A DNA stretch of 64,000 bases from Thermoplasmatota archaeon. GTDB lineage: Archaea > Thermoplasmatota > JAKEGO01. The notes below the pieces were generated by a model. The model did no database searches. It was not told the DNA's origin and saw only the letters and a program-made list of their open reading frames with translations. The stretch is from positions 128,001 to 192,000 of the forward strand of contig JANQNK010000006.1 in assembly GCA_028279595.1 (NCBI GenBank), in the 5' to 3' direction. The position numbers were made by a program, and so were the translations under genes. Positions 8,389 to 19,100 of the stretch are shown piece by piece (within the stretch, counting starts at the first letter, position 1; every line of letters starts with the position of its first letter).

Positions 8389-11025
8389 TCACTTCATGCT
8401 CTCGAGCTCGTCGAGTATGGGCTGGATGTGATGGGTGTCGCCCCTCTCCTTGAAGATCTTCTTCGCCTTGTTGAAGAACGTCTTCGCCTGCTTGTCCTGC
8501 CCCATGTCCCTGTGGACGCGGCCTATGAGGAATAGCTTCTCGGCTATCCTTATCGGGGCGTTCCCCTTCTCCGCAAGCTCGAGGCTCTTGTTGAGGTACT
8601 CCAATGCATCCTCGTGATTCCCCTTGCTGGCATGGACGATCCCGTAGGCCATGTTGAGGTGTCCCATGAGAATGTGGTCCATGTCCGATCCGTGGATCCT
8701 CTCGGCCTCCTGGAGCCTCTCCAGGGCGTCGTCGTGCTTCTCCATCTCCGCAAGCGCCCTTACGGAGTTCATCAATGCGAACCCGAGGAGTTCGTGGGAA
8801 CCGCTCCTGCGTCCGGATTCGACGGCCATCTCCCAGTAGTGGTGGGCCTTCTCGATGTCCCCCTTGGAGAAATGGCACTCGCCCATGAGGTCGTAGACAC
8901 GACCGAGCTTGAAGACGTCCTTTCTCCCCTCGAAGAAGTCCAGGCTGACCTTCGCCAGTTCGAGGGCCTTGTCCATGTCGCCCATCGAGATGTAGATGGA
9001 CCCCATGTCGATCAGAAGGTCGTGATACTCGATGTCATGGGTCCCTTCCACGGCGTACTGGATCGCGAGTTCGAGGAGCTCCTTGGCCTTGCCGTGCTCC
9101 CCCTTGTGGATGAACAGCCTGGCAATTGCGCCGTTGACCATGGCCAACAGCCCCTTGTCCTTGGACTGGTTCGCCATGTCGAGAGCGATCTGAAGGTTGT
9201 TGTTGGCGTCGTCGACGTTCCCGAGGCTGAGTTCGAGCAACCCGAGCTGTCTGAATGCATGCGAGCGGGCCACGAAGTTCGTCGTGGATGACGAGTTCAG
9301 CGCCTTGTCGTAGTACTCCCTGGCGTTCTCGTGATCGGTCTCGAGGAAGTACATGTCCCCCTGGAGAATGTATATCTTGTAGAACTGGTCGGTCGGGATA
9401 TTGCCCTCGAGGTCCGTCAGTATGCTCTTGACCTCCGCGATGAGGCCGCGGTTCAGGGACTCGTTCCCGACCTTTCCGAGGATCTCGCTGGCGTCGTCGT
9501 AGTACTCGCCCTTGAGCAGATACCTTATCCCCTTCAGCGAGTCGAAGACCGTCTCCTTGCCGATGAAGTAGTCCGCTGCGTTCTTGCAGTGTTCCTTTAT
9601 CTCGGCCTCGGAGAGCCTAGAGTAGGTCACCTCGCGAAGGAGGTTCTGGAGATAGATCATGCCCGACGGCAGGTCCTGGATCAGGTGGAGGTCGATGAGG
9701 CGGTCGAGCGCCTCCATTGGTGGGTCGATGTAGAGCAGAGCGTCGATCTCGTTGGGATATGTGAGGACCGACGCGTAGTTGAGCAGTTTCCTCTCCTCCT
9801 CCTCGAGGCCGGAAAGCAGTTCGTCCTGGACGAACCGGTAAAGGTCGCTGGGCTTTTTCACGTCGTCGGGGTTCCTTATCAGTTCGAGGGACAGGGGATG
9901 CCCGCCCGTGATCTTGTAAAGGATATCGATGTTCGGTCCGGAGAACCCGCGCGAGCTGAGCATCTCCTCGGTGCCCTCGAAGCTCAGTCCCGACAGCTTC
10001 AGCTCCCCCACGTGGGAACGTATGTTGACGTCCCTCCTGTCGTAGAACTCGGGGGTTGTCCTGGATACGACGACCATCTTGAGGTCCTTGCCCGAAAGGG
10101 CCTCGAACATCTGTCCGAAGAAGCCGGCAAGCTCATCGTTCGCCTTCTCGTAGTTGTCGAAGACGAAGAGCGATGGCACGTCGCCGAGGTTCTCGCCGAT
10201 GAGTTCGATCGCCTCGTTGGTCTGGAACGATGACCTCGAGATCATCTTCTTGAGCTCCCTTGAAGCGTTTAGCGAGAAGAACTCGGCAAGCCTCGAAAGG
10301 ATGCTCCTGATGGTGTCCCATTCCGTGACGTTGCACCACAGTACGCTGTAGTCGCTGGTGAACTCGTCGATTACCTTGGCCAATAGAGTGGACTTCCCGA
10401 TCCCGGTTATCCCCGTGATGACGAGGACCTTCCTCTCGGATATGATCTTCCTCACGGACTCGAGTTCGCGGTCTCGTCCGATGAAGTTGCGTGGCTTTGG
10501 GGCATCGCTCAGCATGTGGACGCGCGTTGACATCTCCTTGTCCTCGGAGATGAACTTCTCGAGAGCCTCCATCTGAACGACATCCTTCCCGTCGTTCGCT
10601 ACCACAAGGACGGTCAATGGGGAGACACCGCCTCCCAGTCTCTCTACGAGGGTGAAAATGGGGACGTCCTCGACCTCGTCGCCGGTCCTTATCTTGATCT
10701 CCACGGCTTCGAGCTTCTCCTTGATGTCCTTCGCCTCGTCGATACCCTTCATGGTGAGGAAATAGATGTTGACCCGTCTCATGTGGCCTTCGACCATTCC
10801 CGTACGGACCTGAATGAGTTCGTCGTTGACGAGTCCCTTGAGCGAACGGGGGACGTGGTTCCAACGGATGCCCACGGCGTCCGCTATGCCCTTCTGGGAC
10901 AGGTCGTGGGGAAGAACTCCGAATATCTCGGTCTGCGACTCGTCTGAGACGTACCTTTCCGCAGGAAACTCGGAAAGATGGAGCAGTATCTTCTCCTTTA
11001 CCGTAAGCAAGCTCTTCTCCGTCAT
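8389..11025 (-). CDS. STAND-class NTPase: N-terminal winged HTH, NB-ARC-like domain and TPR repeats
   Basis: FIGRDREL, Walker A GITGIGKS, Walker B LFVFDNYE, GGHPL and ~8 TPR-like repeats. Confidence 0.9.
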   Translation of the reverse strand: MTEKSLLTVKEKILLHLSEFPAERYVSDESQTEIFGVLPHDLSQKGIADAVGIRWNHVPRSLKGLVNDELIQVRTGMVEGHMRRVNIYFLTMKGIDEAKDIKEKLEAVEIKIRTGDEVEDVPIFTLVERLGGGVSPLTVLVVANDGKDVVQMEALEKFISEDKEMSTRVHMLSDAPKPRNFIGRDRELESVRKIISERKVLVITGITGIGKSTLLAKVIDEFTSDYSVLWCNVTEWDTIRSILSRLAEFFSLNASRELKKMISRSSFQTNEAIELIGENLGDVPSLFVFDNYEKANDELAGFFGQMFEALSGKDLKMVVVSRTTPEFYDRRDVNIRSHVGELKLSGLSFEGTEEMLSSRGFSGPNIDILYKITGGHPLSLELIRNPDDVKKPSDLYRFVQDELLSGLEEEERKLLNYASVLTYPNEIDALLYIDPPMEALDRLIDLHLIQDLPSGMIYLQNLLREVTYSRLSEAEIKEHCKNAADYFIGKETVFDSLKGIRYLLKGEYYDDASEILGKVGNESLNRGLIAEVKSILTDLEGNIPTDQFYKIYILQGDMYFLETDHENAREYYDKALNSSSTTNFVARSHAFRQLGLLELSLGNVDDANNNLQIALDMANQSKDKGLLAMVNGAIARLFIHKGEHGKAKELLELAIQYAVEGTHDIEYHDLLIDMGSIYISMGDMDKALELAKVSLDFFEGRKDVFKLGRVYDLMGECHFSKGDIEKAHHYWEMAVESGRRSGSHELLGFALMNSVRALAEMEKHDDALERLQEAERIHGSDMDHILMGHLNMAYGIVHASKGNHEDALEYLNKSLELAEKGNAPIRIAEKLFLIGRVHRDMGQDKQAKTFFNKAKKIFKERGDTHHIQPILDELESMK

Positions 11026-11143
11026 GCTGGTACATCCATCGCGGTCCTAGGTTAGATAATTCGGATAGGACATAAAACACTTTGCCATACGTGTCTACCT
11101 GTAATGTTTAAAATTCAACGCTCACAGGGTATTCGGACCTGGA

Positions 11144-11881
11144 TCAATCAAGGGGCCTGTACTTGACGGTCGGTGTACCGTCTGTCTTCTCATTGCCGTC
11201 GAGGGGAATGACCACGGCCTCCTGGGCCTGTTCCTCGAACGGGACCTGCTCTGCCTGTATGACGTTCTGGTCCGCTCCCGGGGGATGTACGACCGGGCCG
11301 CCGGCCTGATATTCTTCCGCCGGACGGTCCTCCCTCGGTGGTTCGTTGCCCGGTTGCGATTCCATGAATGTGGGGGAATGGCCTTGCTGCTGGGGCTGCG
11401 GGGAAACAACTGCCGGCTGCGGCTGCTGGACCGCCTGCTGGGGCGGTTGCGGTGCGACCTGCTGTTGTGGCGCCGGCGGTCGGGGCTGCTGGGTCGGTGC
11501 AGGCTGAACCGGCTGGGGTGGTTGTGGGGTCCCCCTCCTAAGTTCGAGCGCCTCCGCCTTCAATCCCTCGACCTGTATCTTCAATTCGTCGATGTTGTCG
11601 TGGAGATTGGCGATGATCTCGACGTCCCGGACGTGCCTGTCCTTGAGCCGGGCGATCTCCTCGTCACGCTCCCTGATCTGCTTGGTGATGACCTCCTGTT
11701 GGGCGCCCGCCTTGGCAGCATCGATCCCGCCTCCAGTCCTGAGCCTCTCTATCTCGGCCTCCTTGGCTGCCAGTATGTCCTTGAGCTTCGCCAGTTGAGA
11801 ATGGATATCAGGACGCTTCGGCGGTCCAGCGCTCTTCTCGGTGAGCGAGCGCATCTCCTCTTCTTCAACGATCCTGATCAT
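11144..11881 (-). CDS. Coiled-coil protein with a Pro/Gln-rich tail; last gene of the coiled-coil operon
   Basis: GGTGA SD; starts MIRIVEEEE; heptad-rich E/K/L segments followed by PQ low complexity. Confidence 0.8.
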   Translation of the reverse strand: MIRIVEEEEMRSLTEKSAGPPKRPDIHSQLAKLKDILAAKEAEIERLRTGGGIDAAKAGAQQEVITKQIRERDEEIARLKDRHVRDVEIIANLHDNIDELKIQVEGLKAEALELRRGTPQPPQPVQPAPTQQPRPPAPQQQVAPQPPQQAVQQPQPAVVSPQPQQQGHSPTFMESQPGNEPPREDRPAEEYQAGGPVVHPPGADQNVIQAEQVPFEEQAQEAVVIPLDGNEKTDGTPTVKYRPLD

Positions 11882-11894
11882 GTCCTGATCACCG

Positions 11895-12713
11895 TCAGAC
11901 CTTTCCGGCGCCCCTGCAGTTGGGACATACCTCTTGGACGATGCTTCCGTCCTTCTTCCTAACGCCGATGACACCCTCTCCTCCGCAGACGGGGCAGATG
12001 GCCTGTTCCCCGATGTCCTCGGGTATGGGTATCGTCTCGGGTACCTCGGCGACCTCCGCCGGGATCGGAGCCTCCTCCTGCGGTTCTGGGGCGGCTTCCG
12101 CGCCCTTTACCGTTTCCACCGTCTGGGCCTTCTCATCCTGTTGCTTGGCACCCAGGATAGATCCTGATCCTTCGGGCTTTCCACCGAGGAGTCTACCGCG
12201 CGACTCGGGTTGTGCCGGTGCAGCCTCCTCGACCGGAGCGAAGACCGGGGTCGGTCCCGCCTGGGGCTTCTTCATCGTGTCGCTCATCTGATGGAGCTCT
12301 CCGGTAAGATCGGATATCCGCTGTTCGAGCTCCTCCTTGTAAGCTGTGGTCTTGTCGAGGATCTCCTTGTCGAGCTCGATCTTCTTGTCCCTCTCCGTGA
12401 TCAGTGCTTTGAGGTCCTGTATCTCGCCCTTGAGCGTCTCCAGGATGCCAGGGTCGGTCTCTGCGGCCGGTGGGCCGTCCTTGGGAGCTGGAGCCTTGGC
12501 CTTCTCCTGCTCGAGCGCGGCCTTCGTCGCGTCGAGCTCCTCCTGGAGCTTGGTGTTCTCGTCCTTCATCGTCTTGAGCTCCTGGATCGCCTTGTTGAGC
12601 TTCTCCTTGAGGTTCTCTACGATGTCGGTGATCTGCTTCTTGAGCTTGAGTTGCTCAGACGTCTTCTCCTGCTTCGACCGCTCCATCTCGTCCTCGGTGA
12701 TCATCCTGACCAT
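11895..12713 (-). CDS. Coiled-coil protein with a C-terminal DnaJ-type zinc finger
   Basis: Starts MVRMITEDE after a GGAGGG SD; ends CPVCGGEG...CPNCRGAGKV. Confidence 0.85.
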   Translation of the reverse strand: MVRMITEDEMERSKQEKTSEQLKLKKQITDIVENLKEKLNKAIQELKTMKDENTKLQEELDATKAALEQEKAKAPAPKDGPPAAETDPGILETLKGEIQDLKALITERDKKIELDKEILDKTTAYKEELEQRISDLTGELHQMSDTMKKPQAGPTPVFAPVEEAAPAQPESRGRLLGGKPEGSGSILGAKQQDEKAQTVETVKGAEAAPEPQEEAPIPAEVAEVPETIPIPEDIGEQAICPVCGGEGVIGVRKKDGSIVQEVCPNCRGAGKV

Positions 12714-12726
12714 TCCGACCCTCCAT

Positions 12727-13521
12727 TCATGTTCTCCCAGTTCCACCGCACCGCGGACATGAGACCTCCTTCTCGGCGTCCCCGTCCTGCACGATCACCT
12801 TCTTTCTCCCCTTGCAGAGGTCGCAGCGTTTCGACCTTCCAGCCAGGGGAGGCGCTAGGTTCAGCACTATTGTGTCGTTAGTGCCACTTTCCTTATTTAA
12901 ACTTTCCAACTGCTGCTTGGCCTTCCTGAGCTCTGCTACGATAGCGCTGGACTTCGTCTTGAGCTCATCGTATCTCGCAGTGTGCTTCTGACCATCCTTC
13001 CTGAGCTTCTCGTTCTCGACAGTCAGGTGCTTGATCCTCTCGATCGCAGCGGGGTCGGGCCCCGATTGGGTTGCCGTCGATGGCGACGCCCTCAACGACT
13101 CGACCTCCGCGAGCAGGTCCCGTCTGATCTGCTCGTACTGGGACTTGATGCCCTCGAACGAACGTATCTGCTGGTCCCTGTCGGTTATCATACGCTTGAG
13201 GATGTCGATCTCCTTCTCTTTCTCGGCGACGCTCTTCGTGATCGCCTGTATCCTCTTCTGCATCTCCCCTACCTTCTGCCTGAAGGATTCGGGTATCTCG
13301 CTCTGCGCCTTGGCCTGACGGATCCTCGTGACCGCCCATTTGAGCTCGTTCTGAAGCGTCTCCTTGGCCGCCGCGCTCTCCTCGAGGTCGGTCCTGAGCG
13401 AATTGATCTGATTGGTCAATGTATCGATGGTCCGAAGATGGATCTCCTCCTCCGCCTTGCCCTTGGCAATGAGCTGCTTGAGACTCTCGACCTGGGCTTT
13501 AAGCGGATCGGACCCTGTCAA
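12727..13521 (-). CDS. Coiled-coil protein with a C-terminal DnaJ-type zinc finger; TTG start
   Basis: TTGA overlap with the upstream stop; ends CDLCKGRK...CPRCGGTGRT. Confidence 0.83.
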   Translation of the reverse strand: MTGSDPLKAQVESLKQLIAKGKAEEEIHLRTIDTLTNQINSLRTDLEESAAAKETLQNELKWAVTRIRQAKAQSEIPESFRQKVGEMQKRIQAITKSVAEKEKEIDILKRMITDRDQQIRSFEGIKSQYEQIRRDLLAEVESLRASPSTATQSGPDPAAIERIKHLTVENEKLRKDGQKHTARYDELKTKSSAIVAELRKAKQQLESLNKESGTNDTIVLNLAPPLAGRSKRCDLCKGRKKVIVQDGDAEKEVSCPRCGGTGRT

Positions 13522-14975
13522 ACTATACCAGCTCCGTCACACCTAGGACACGTCTCCTCCCTGACGTGGCCGTGCCTGTCCTTGACCCCGACCTTCCCGA
13601 GGCCACCGCATACCGGACAGACCTTGCCCAATGTGTCGCTCACCGGCACCTCGGCCGGCGGAGGGGGCGGTGCGGCCGCCTTGGCCGGAGGTGCCGCCTG
13701 TGCCTCTGCCGGCGCTGCGGGAGGCGGTGGTGCCGCGGCCTTGGTCTCCAGCCTCTCGTTGAGCCTCTGTACGGCGGTCTCGAGGGCAGTGTTCCTTCCG
13801 TTAGCCTCGTCGAGCTCCTTCCTGGTCTTCTCGAGCTCGGCGTTGAGTCCGTCCCTCTCGGCCATGATCATCTTGACGTCGCCGCTCTCCGCGGCGATCT
13901 TCGCGTTCTCTGCCTCCAGGTCCGCGATCCTCTTGTTGAGGCCCTCCCGTTCGGTCTTCCAGGAGGCTTCCTTCTCGGTGAGGGTAGCCTTGACGGCCTC
14001 CATCTGCTCCGACTCTCCGGCCTTGTCGCCCTGGAGCTTGACGTATTCCTGCTTGACGGCCGCGATGGTGTCCTTGACCTCCGTGAGGTCCTTCTTCAGC
14101 TTGGCGTTCTCCTCCTTGAGCTTGACGACCTCAGCGGAACCGGCCTTCTCGAGTTCAGCGATCCTCATGTCCCGCATCTGCACCTCCTTGTTGAGGCGCT
14201 CGATCTCGCGGGTAAGGCCCTGTACCTTGTCCGTGGAACCCGAGCTCTGCTTGACGATCTTGGCGTTCTCGGCCGTGAGCCTCTCGACCTCCCGGGTCAG
14301 GGCGTCCGCCTTCTCCTTGACTGCGGCCGAATCCTTCTGGACCTTCTCGTTCTCGGCGGCGGATATCTCCGCGGCCTCCTTCATGGATGCCAGCGAGGCC
14401 TCGGCGGTCTCGATCCTCTTCGTGAGCTCCGCCCTCTCCTTCTCGACGACCCCGATCGCGGTCTTCATCTCCTCGATCTCGTCGTTCTTCGTCCTCAGGG
14501 AGGTCGTGACCTTCTCCAGCCTCTCCTTGTCAGCGGTCCTGTCCTTGTCGGCCTTCTCGAGGGCCTTCCTGGCGGCCTCGAGACCGGCCAGCGCCTTCTT
14601 CGCTTCCTCGAGCTCGGCAGCTGCCTTTCCTGCCTTCTCGAGGTCCTTCTGGAGCTGATCGTTGGTGGCCTTGAGCCCCTTCAGGGTCTCCTTGGCCGCA
14701 CCGACCGTCTTCTTCATCTCCTCCCTCTCCTTGTCGAGGGAGTCCACCTGTTTCGTAAGGTCTGCGATCCGCTTCTCGGAGGCTGCGGTATCCTTCTTGG
14801 CCGCATCGGCGTCGGCGGTCATCTGTTCCACGACCACTTTTAGGCGCGATATCTCACGCGCCCTTTCCTCGATCTTCCTCTCTGATTCGGATATCCTCTC
14901 CTTCAGTTGGAGGTTCTCAGACTTCTTCTCCTCGTCGAAAAGGTCCTTCTCGTCCTCGGATATCACCTTGATCAT
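13518..14975 (-). CDS. Long coiled-coil protein (~400 aa helical) with a Pro/Ala linker and a C-terminal DnaJ-type zinc finger
   Basis: Starts MIKVISEDE (ATGA overlap); no NTPase motifs; ends CPVCGGLG...CPRCDGAGIV. Confidence 0.87.
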   Translation of the reverse strand: MIKVISEDEKDLFDEEKKSENLQLKERISESERKIEERAREISRLKVVVEQMTADADAAKKDTAASEKRIADLTKQVDSLDKEREEMKKTVGAAKETLKGLKATNDQLQKDLEKAGKAAAELEEAKKALAGLEAARKALEKADKDRTADKERLEKVTTSLRTKNDEIEEMKTAIGVVEKERAELTKRIETAEASLASMKEAAEISAAENEKVQKDSAAVKEKADALTREVERLTAENAKIVKQSSGSTDKVQGLTREIERLNKEVQMRDMRIAELEKAGSAEVVKLKEENAKLKKDLTEVKDTIAAVKQEYVKLQGDKAGESEQMEAVKATLTEKEASWKTEREGLNKRIADLEAENAKIAAESGDVKMIMAERDGLNAELEKTRKELDEANGRNTALETAVQRLNERLETKAAAPPPPAAPAEAQAAPPAKAAAPPPPPAEVPVSDTLGKVCPVCGGLGKVGVKDRHGHVREETCPRCDGAGIV

Positions 14976-16123
14976 ATCTTACCCGCTCCTTTGCATCTCG
15001 GACACATCTGTTCGTTCAGTTTTCCGCGTTTGCCCCTCACCATCACGCGTCCCTTGCCCGAGCAAACCGGACAATCCTTCTTCCCCTTCTTCGAGCGCTT
15101 TCCACCCTTCTTCTTGACGGGCTTCCTGGGGGAACTATCCACCTTTGGAGGTCCCGGAGGTTGTACGTCGGGTTCCTCGGGCTCTTCTTCCTCGGCACCC
15201 TCGAGTATCCCCTTGACGTTGACCTCGTTGTGACACCATGGACAGATGGCCTTTTGAACCTTCCTGTCCACGATGAACGTACCGTGGCAGTAGGGGCACT
15301 CCACCTCGGTATCGCTCCTCGTCCTGCGTTCTGGATTGAGAGTGAACTCCACGGTCCTGGACGCATACGGCGGTATGTTCACATACGCCTCCGACGGCAC
15401 CGGAATGAACCCTTCCGGGGAGAATGGTTCTATGTGCAACGTCTCGAGGGACCGTTCCGACTCGTTCCTTATCTTGATCCGATAGACCAGGCCCTCACCC
15501 TTCTCGGTCAGGACCGTCGATATCGAGGCGTCCCTGCCCGGGACGAACTCCTCGGCGGTGTACGCATCGGTGTTCATCGGATTGAGCTCGAATATCCTCG
15601 CCTCTTCGCCGAAGGGCTTGAGGCTGATGACCTCGCTCTGCGGGGTCGGGACGAATATCGAGTTGGATGTGTCCGGAATGATGTTGATCCGGTTCAGGGG
15701 CTGCCCGAGGTTGTTTCGAACGAGGACCTTGTAGAGGATCCTGTTCTCGACCCGGGCGAAGACCGTCTTGATAGTGAGCTCGCGTCCGGGCTTCGGCTTG
15801 ACCATGGTCGCTGCCACGGCGCGTTCCGCCAGGGAGATGCACTCCTCGAACTGGTTCTCCTTGAGGGCGCGCTTGGCCTTCGTCAACAGGTCCTTCGCGC
15901 TGTTGACATCGATGCGTGCGTCCTGTGCCTTCAGGATCGAGCGTTCGGCGAATTCGACGGCACCCTTGGCGCTGTGCGCCATGCTCAGCTGTTCACGGAC
16001 CATGTTCTCGGCCTTCTCGGAGAGTCCCCGTGCCCTTTTCGGCTTTTCCTGGTCAAGGGCCAGTCTCGCCTTAGCGAGGACCTCCTCAGCCTCCGAGGTG
16101 TCGATATCGATCCTTTCGTCCAT
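14972..16123 (-). CDS. Multidomain protein: helical N-terminus, two tandem beta-sandwich repeats, zinc ribbon, basic linker and DnaJ-type zinc finger
   Basis: Internal repeat PGR...Y[KR]..[VI]RN.....L....I.P...F.P.P...F.LNP (x2); CPYC..CPWC; ends CPVCSGKG...CPRCKGAGKI. Confidence 0.85.
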   Translation of the reverse strand: MDERIDIDTSEAEEVLAKARLALDQEKPKRARGLSEKAENMVREQLSMAHSAKGAVEFAERSILKAQDARIDVNSAKDLLTKAKRALKENQFEECISLAERAVAATMVKPKPGRELTIKTVFARVENRILYKVLVRNNLGQPLNRINIIPDTSNSIFVPTPQSEVISLKPFGEEARIFELNPMNTDAYTAEEFVPGRDASISTVLTEKGEGLVYRIKIRNESERSLETLHIEPFSPEGFIPVPSEAYVNIPPYASRTVEFTLNPERRTRSDTEVECPYCHGTFIVDRKVQKAICPWCHNEVNVKGILEGAEEEEPEEPDVQPPGPPKVDSSPRKPVKKKGGKRSKKGKKDCPVCSGKGRVMVRGKRGKLNEQMCPRCKGAGKI

Positions 16124-16124
16124 G

Positions 16125-19100
16125 TTACTCCTCCCCCTCTTTTACCGATTCTATGAACGCCTTGGCATGCATGTAGGCGCCCTTTGCCGTCTCCAGCATG
16201 GAGACGATGATGTATACGGCTATAAGACCGAGTATGAGTGCGATGAGCGGATAGATGAAGGTCGGGAACGGCAGCAGGTCAGGAGTGAGGAAAAGGCCTT
16301 CGAGCATGGTGCCGATCGATCTCCCCGAGGATAGGCTCAGGAAGAATATGCCGAACATCAGGCCGCATATGGCGAGCGTGCTGATGTATGACTTCGTTCT
16401 GATCCCGGTGATGATGGTGTAGAGCGGGACTATCATCACGAGCATTATGTACGCGAGCGGAAGGGCAGCCGCGTCGATCGCCGCGCTCTCGACCGGCAGG
16501 AGGACGAACAAGGAGATCGCCGTCGTCACGACCAGACCCTTGATGAGGTGCTCGTTCCGCCGCTGTTTGAGGCTCACGCGCTTCGCGTTCGCCCTTAGCA
16601 TCGCGAAACCACCGAGAAGTATGATCGGCAGTGCGATGAGGACGATCGGGTTGGGGCGTTTGCTGACCTTTATCTCCGTAGAAACGACGTTGTTCCTCCG
16701 CCGTCCCGGGTCACTCCCCTCATAGCCTTCGCTGGCCGCCTTGATCGTCAACGTGTGTCGCTCCGAACGGTTGAACCAGTCGAGCTCCGGGATCTCGATC
16801 TCGATTGCGAGGGTCCTCTCCCCCTCCATGGGAAGGTCGATCTGGACCTCGTGGATGAGGTCTCCGTCCCAGTAGACCTCGATCGGCAGGTTCGAGAGGG
16901 TGTCGATGACCGGGTCCCCCGTCTCCCTGCCGGTGGACCTAACGGTGAACGTTACGGTGAGCTCGTCCCCCTCCTGTGCGATGTCATCGATGTCCACGTC
17001 CGAGATGGATATGTCTGGCGAGAGCGTGATTATCAGGAAGTTGAGCTCCTCGGGCGTCGGCAGTGCGTCGACCCAGACGTTCACGGTGAAGTCGAGTTCG
17101 GAGAAATGGGGTATCGAGGGTGCGGAATGTATCGTCGCATAGATGATCCGGTCCTGACCGGGAGCCAGCAGGAAACTGGAGTTGTCGAGCTCGATCTCCC
17201 AACCGGAATAGAAGGTCGTGGAGTTGAGCGTGAACGTCCGCTGTACGGGGAACTCGTTCCTGATGAGGATGCCGTAGTCGATCTCGGAATCCGGGAATAT
17301 GTAGACGAACGGAGGTCCGTAGGGCATGACGAACGAGGTCTCGACCTCGATGCGTACGTCGTCGTATCCCGGACCCTCGACCACCGAACCGGACACGTCT
17401 ACGTAGTTGATCGGGTCGTTGAGGGAGTTGGACGGCGGCCTGATCGTAACGTAGACCGTAGTGCTCTCGTCGAAATCGAGGGTGACCGATGGTCTGTCGA
17501 GCCACACGGTCCAATCGCCGGTCTGAGAGACGTCGAGTGTGACGTTCTCTCGGCCGTTGCCGGTGTTTATTACGTAGACAGGGACGATCAGAGGTTCGTT
17601 GGGTATTACCTTCCACACGTCGCTCCCGCCCCAGATGTCCAGGTCCCGTGTCTGGAGGTCGACACCCGTGACGAGGTCGACGATGACCTTCCCCCATTCG
17701 GAGTCGGACACCTTGCTGTCGTGCTTCGATGTGAGGTTCAGGATGATGGTATCGCTGCTGTCCGCGATGAGTCCGTACGGGATGTACACCCTGATCTGGA
17801 GTATTCGGGTCTCTCCGGGATCGACGAGGTCCAGGGCCTCGGGATTGATCATGTCGGTCTCCCAATCTGAGGTCGACACGATGTCCTCGTTGTAATTGTC
17901 TATCCCGTTCCCAGTATTGTTGAATGTGAAGTTGAGGACAGTCTCCCCTCCAGGGGGCCCCCTCGCCGTCATCACAGGGCGTATCTCGACCCCTCCGACC
18001 TGGGTCAGCGATATCGTGCATGTGGAAAAGTCGCTCTTGGTCGGGTCCGCAGTGGAGTTGACCTCGACGACGATGATGTAGACCTCGTCCTCGAGCGCGT
18101 CCTCCGGTATCTGTACCCTCAGGGTGATCGTCGTTGTCAGACCTGCTAGCACCGAACCGGTGATATCCCCCGGTAACAGGGAGATCGAAAGGCTCTGATT
18201 GTTCACTGTCCTCAGGCCGAAGGAGTCCTCGCCATTGCCCGTGTTGGTCACGATGAGCTCCATATCGACAGTGTCGCCCGGTTCCGCGGTGGTAGCGTTC
18301 TCCTCGGGTTCGATGGTAACGGAATAGCCCTGAAGGACGTTTATGTACGAGAAGGCGCTATCGCTCGTGGTCCCATCACCACAGGTGGCGGTGAGGACAA
18401 GGGTCTCGTTCGTTCCGACGGGAGTTCCTGGATTGATGGTGACGTTCACGATGATATCCACATTCTCGTCGTATTCGAGGTTCACCAGCGGCTGTGAATC
18501 GACGACGAAGGTCAGATTGGTCGATCCGTCGATCGAGAACGAGTCCATGTCGTTCCCCTGGTTGCGGATGTTGAACGTGAACTGGACAGCTTCCATCGGT
18601 TCCCCGGACTGGATAACTGGATCGATCGCGGTGACCTCGACACCGTAGACCTGGGGGATCATCGCCACGAGGTCGACCACCCGGTACTTCGAGCTGTCGG
18701 CGTCGGACTCGGCCCGGACAGTGATGTGGGCCCGCCTGTTGTCCGGCCTGTCCCTCGATTCCATCGTAATCGTTATTATCTCAGATTCGCCATTATCAAG
18801 TGTAATGCCGTCCGGAGGTGCTCCATTCTCAACATTTACCAGCCAGTTTGGGGGCGCTGTTGAGTTGGTAATGTAGAACGTGTCAGTACTCTCGTAGTTC
18901 GCCACGTTGGTCACGTTGACGAGGAATACCGCGGTCTCTCCTATCCCGATCTCGACGGGAGATTCGCTGATGAGCCTGATGTCGACGTCATTGGATTCGG
19001 AGACGTCGATGGAGGCCTGGGATGACGCGTCGACGTAGATGTCATAGTCGGATGTCACCTGGATACGCAGCGTTGCGGTGGTGTCGGCGGCTATGACGTT

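Noticed and set aside
12982-14658. 558-aa plus-strand ORF and other long ORFs opposite real genes (e.g. 23957-25459, 28745-30424, 16755-17870, 9331-10233)
   Set aside because: Antisense shadows caused by high GC3 codon bias; they have no motifs and fully overlap well-supported genes.
11895-16123. Annotation as DnaJ chaperones or SMC/Rad50
   Set aside because: No J-domain/HPD, no G/F region, no Walker A/B or hinge; only the terminal two-repeat finger is DnaJ-like.
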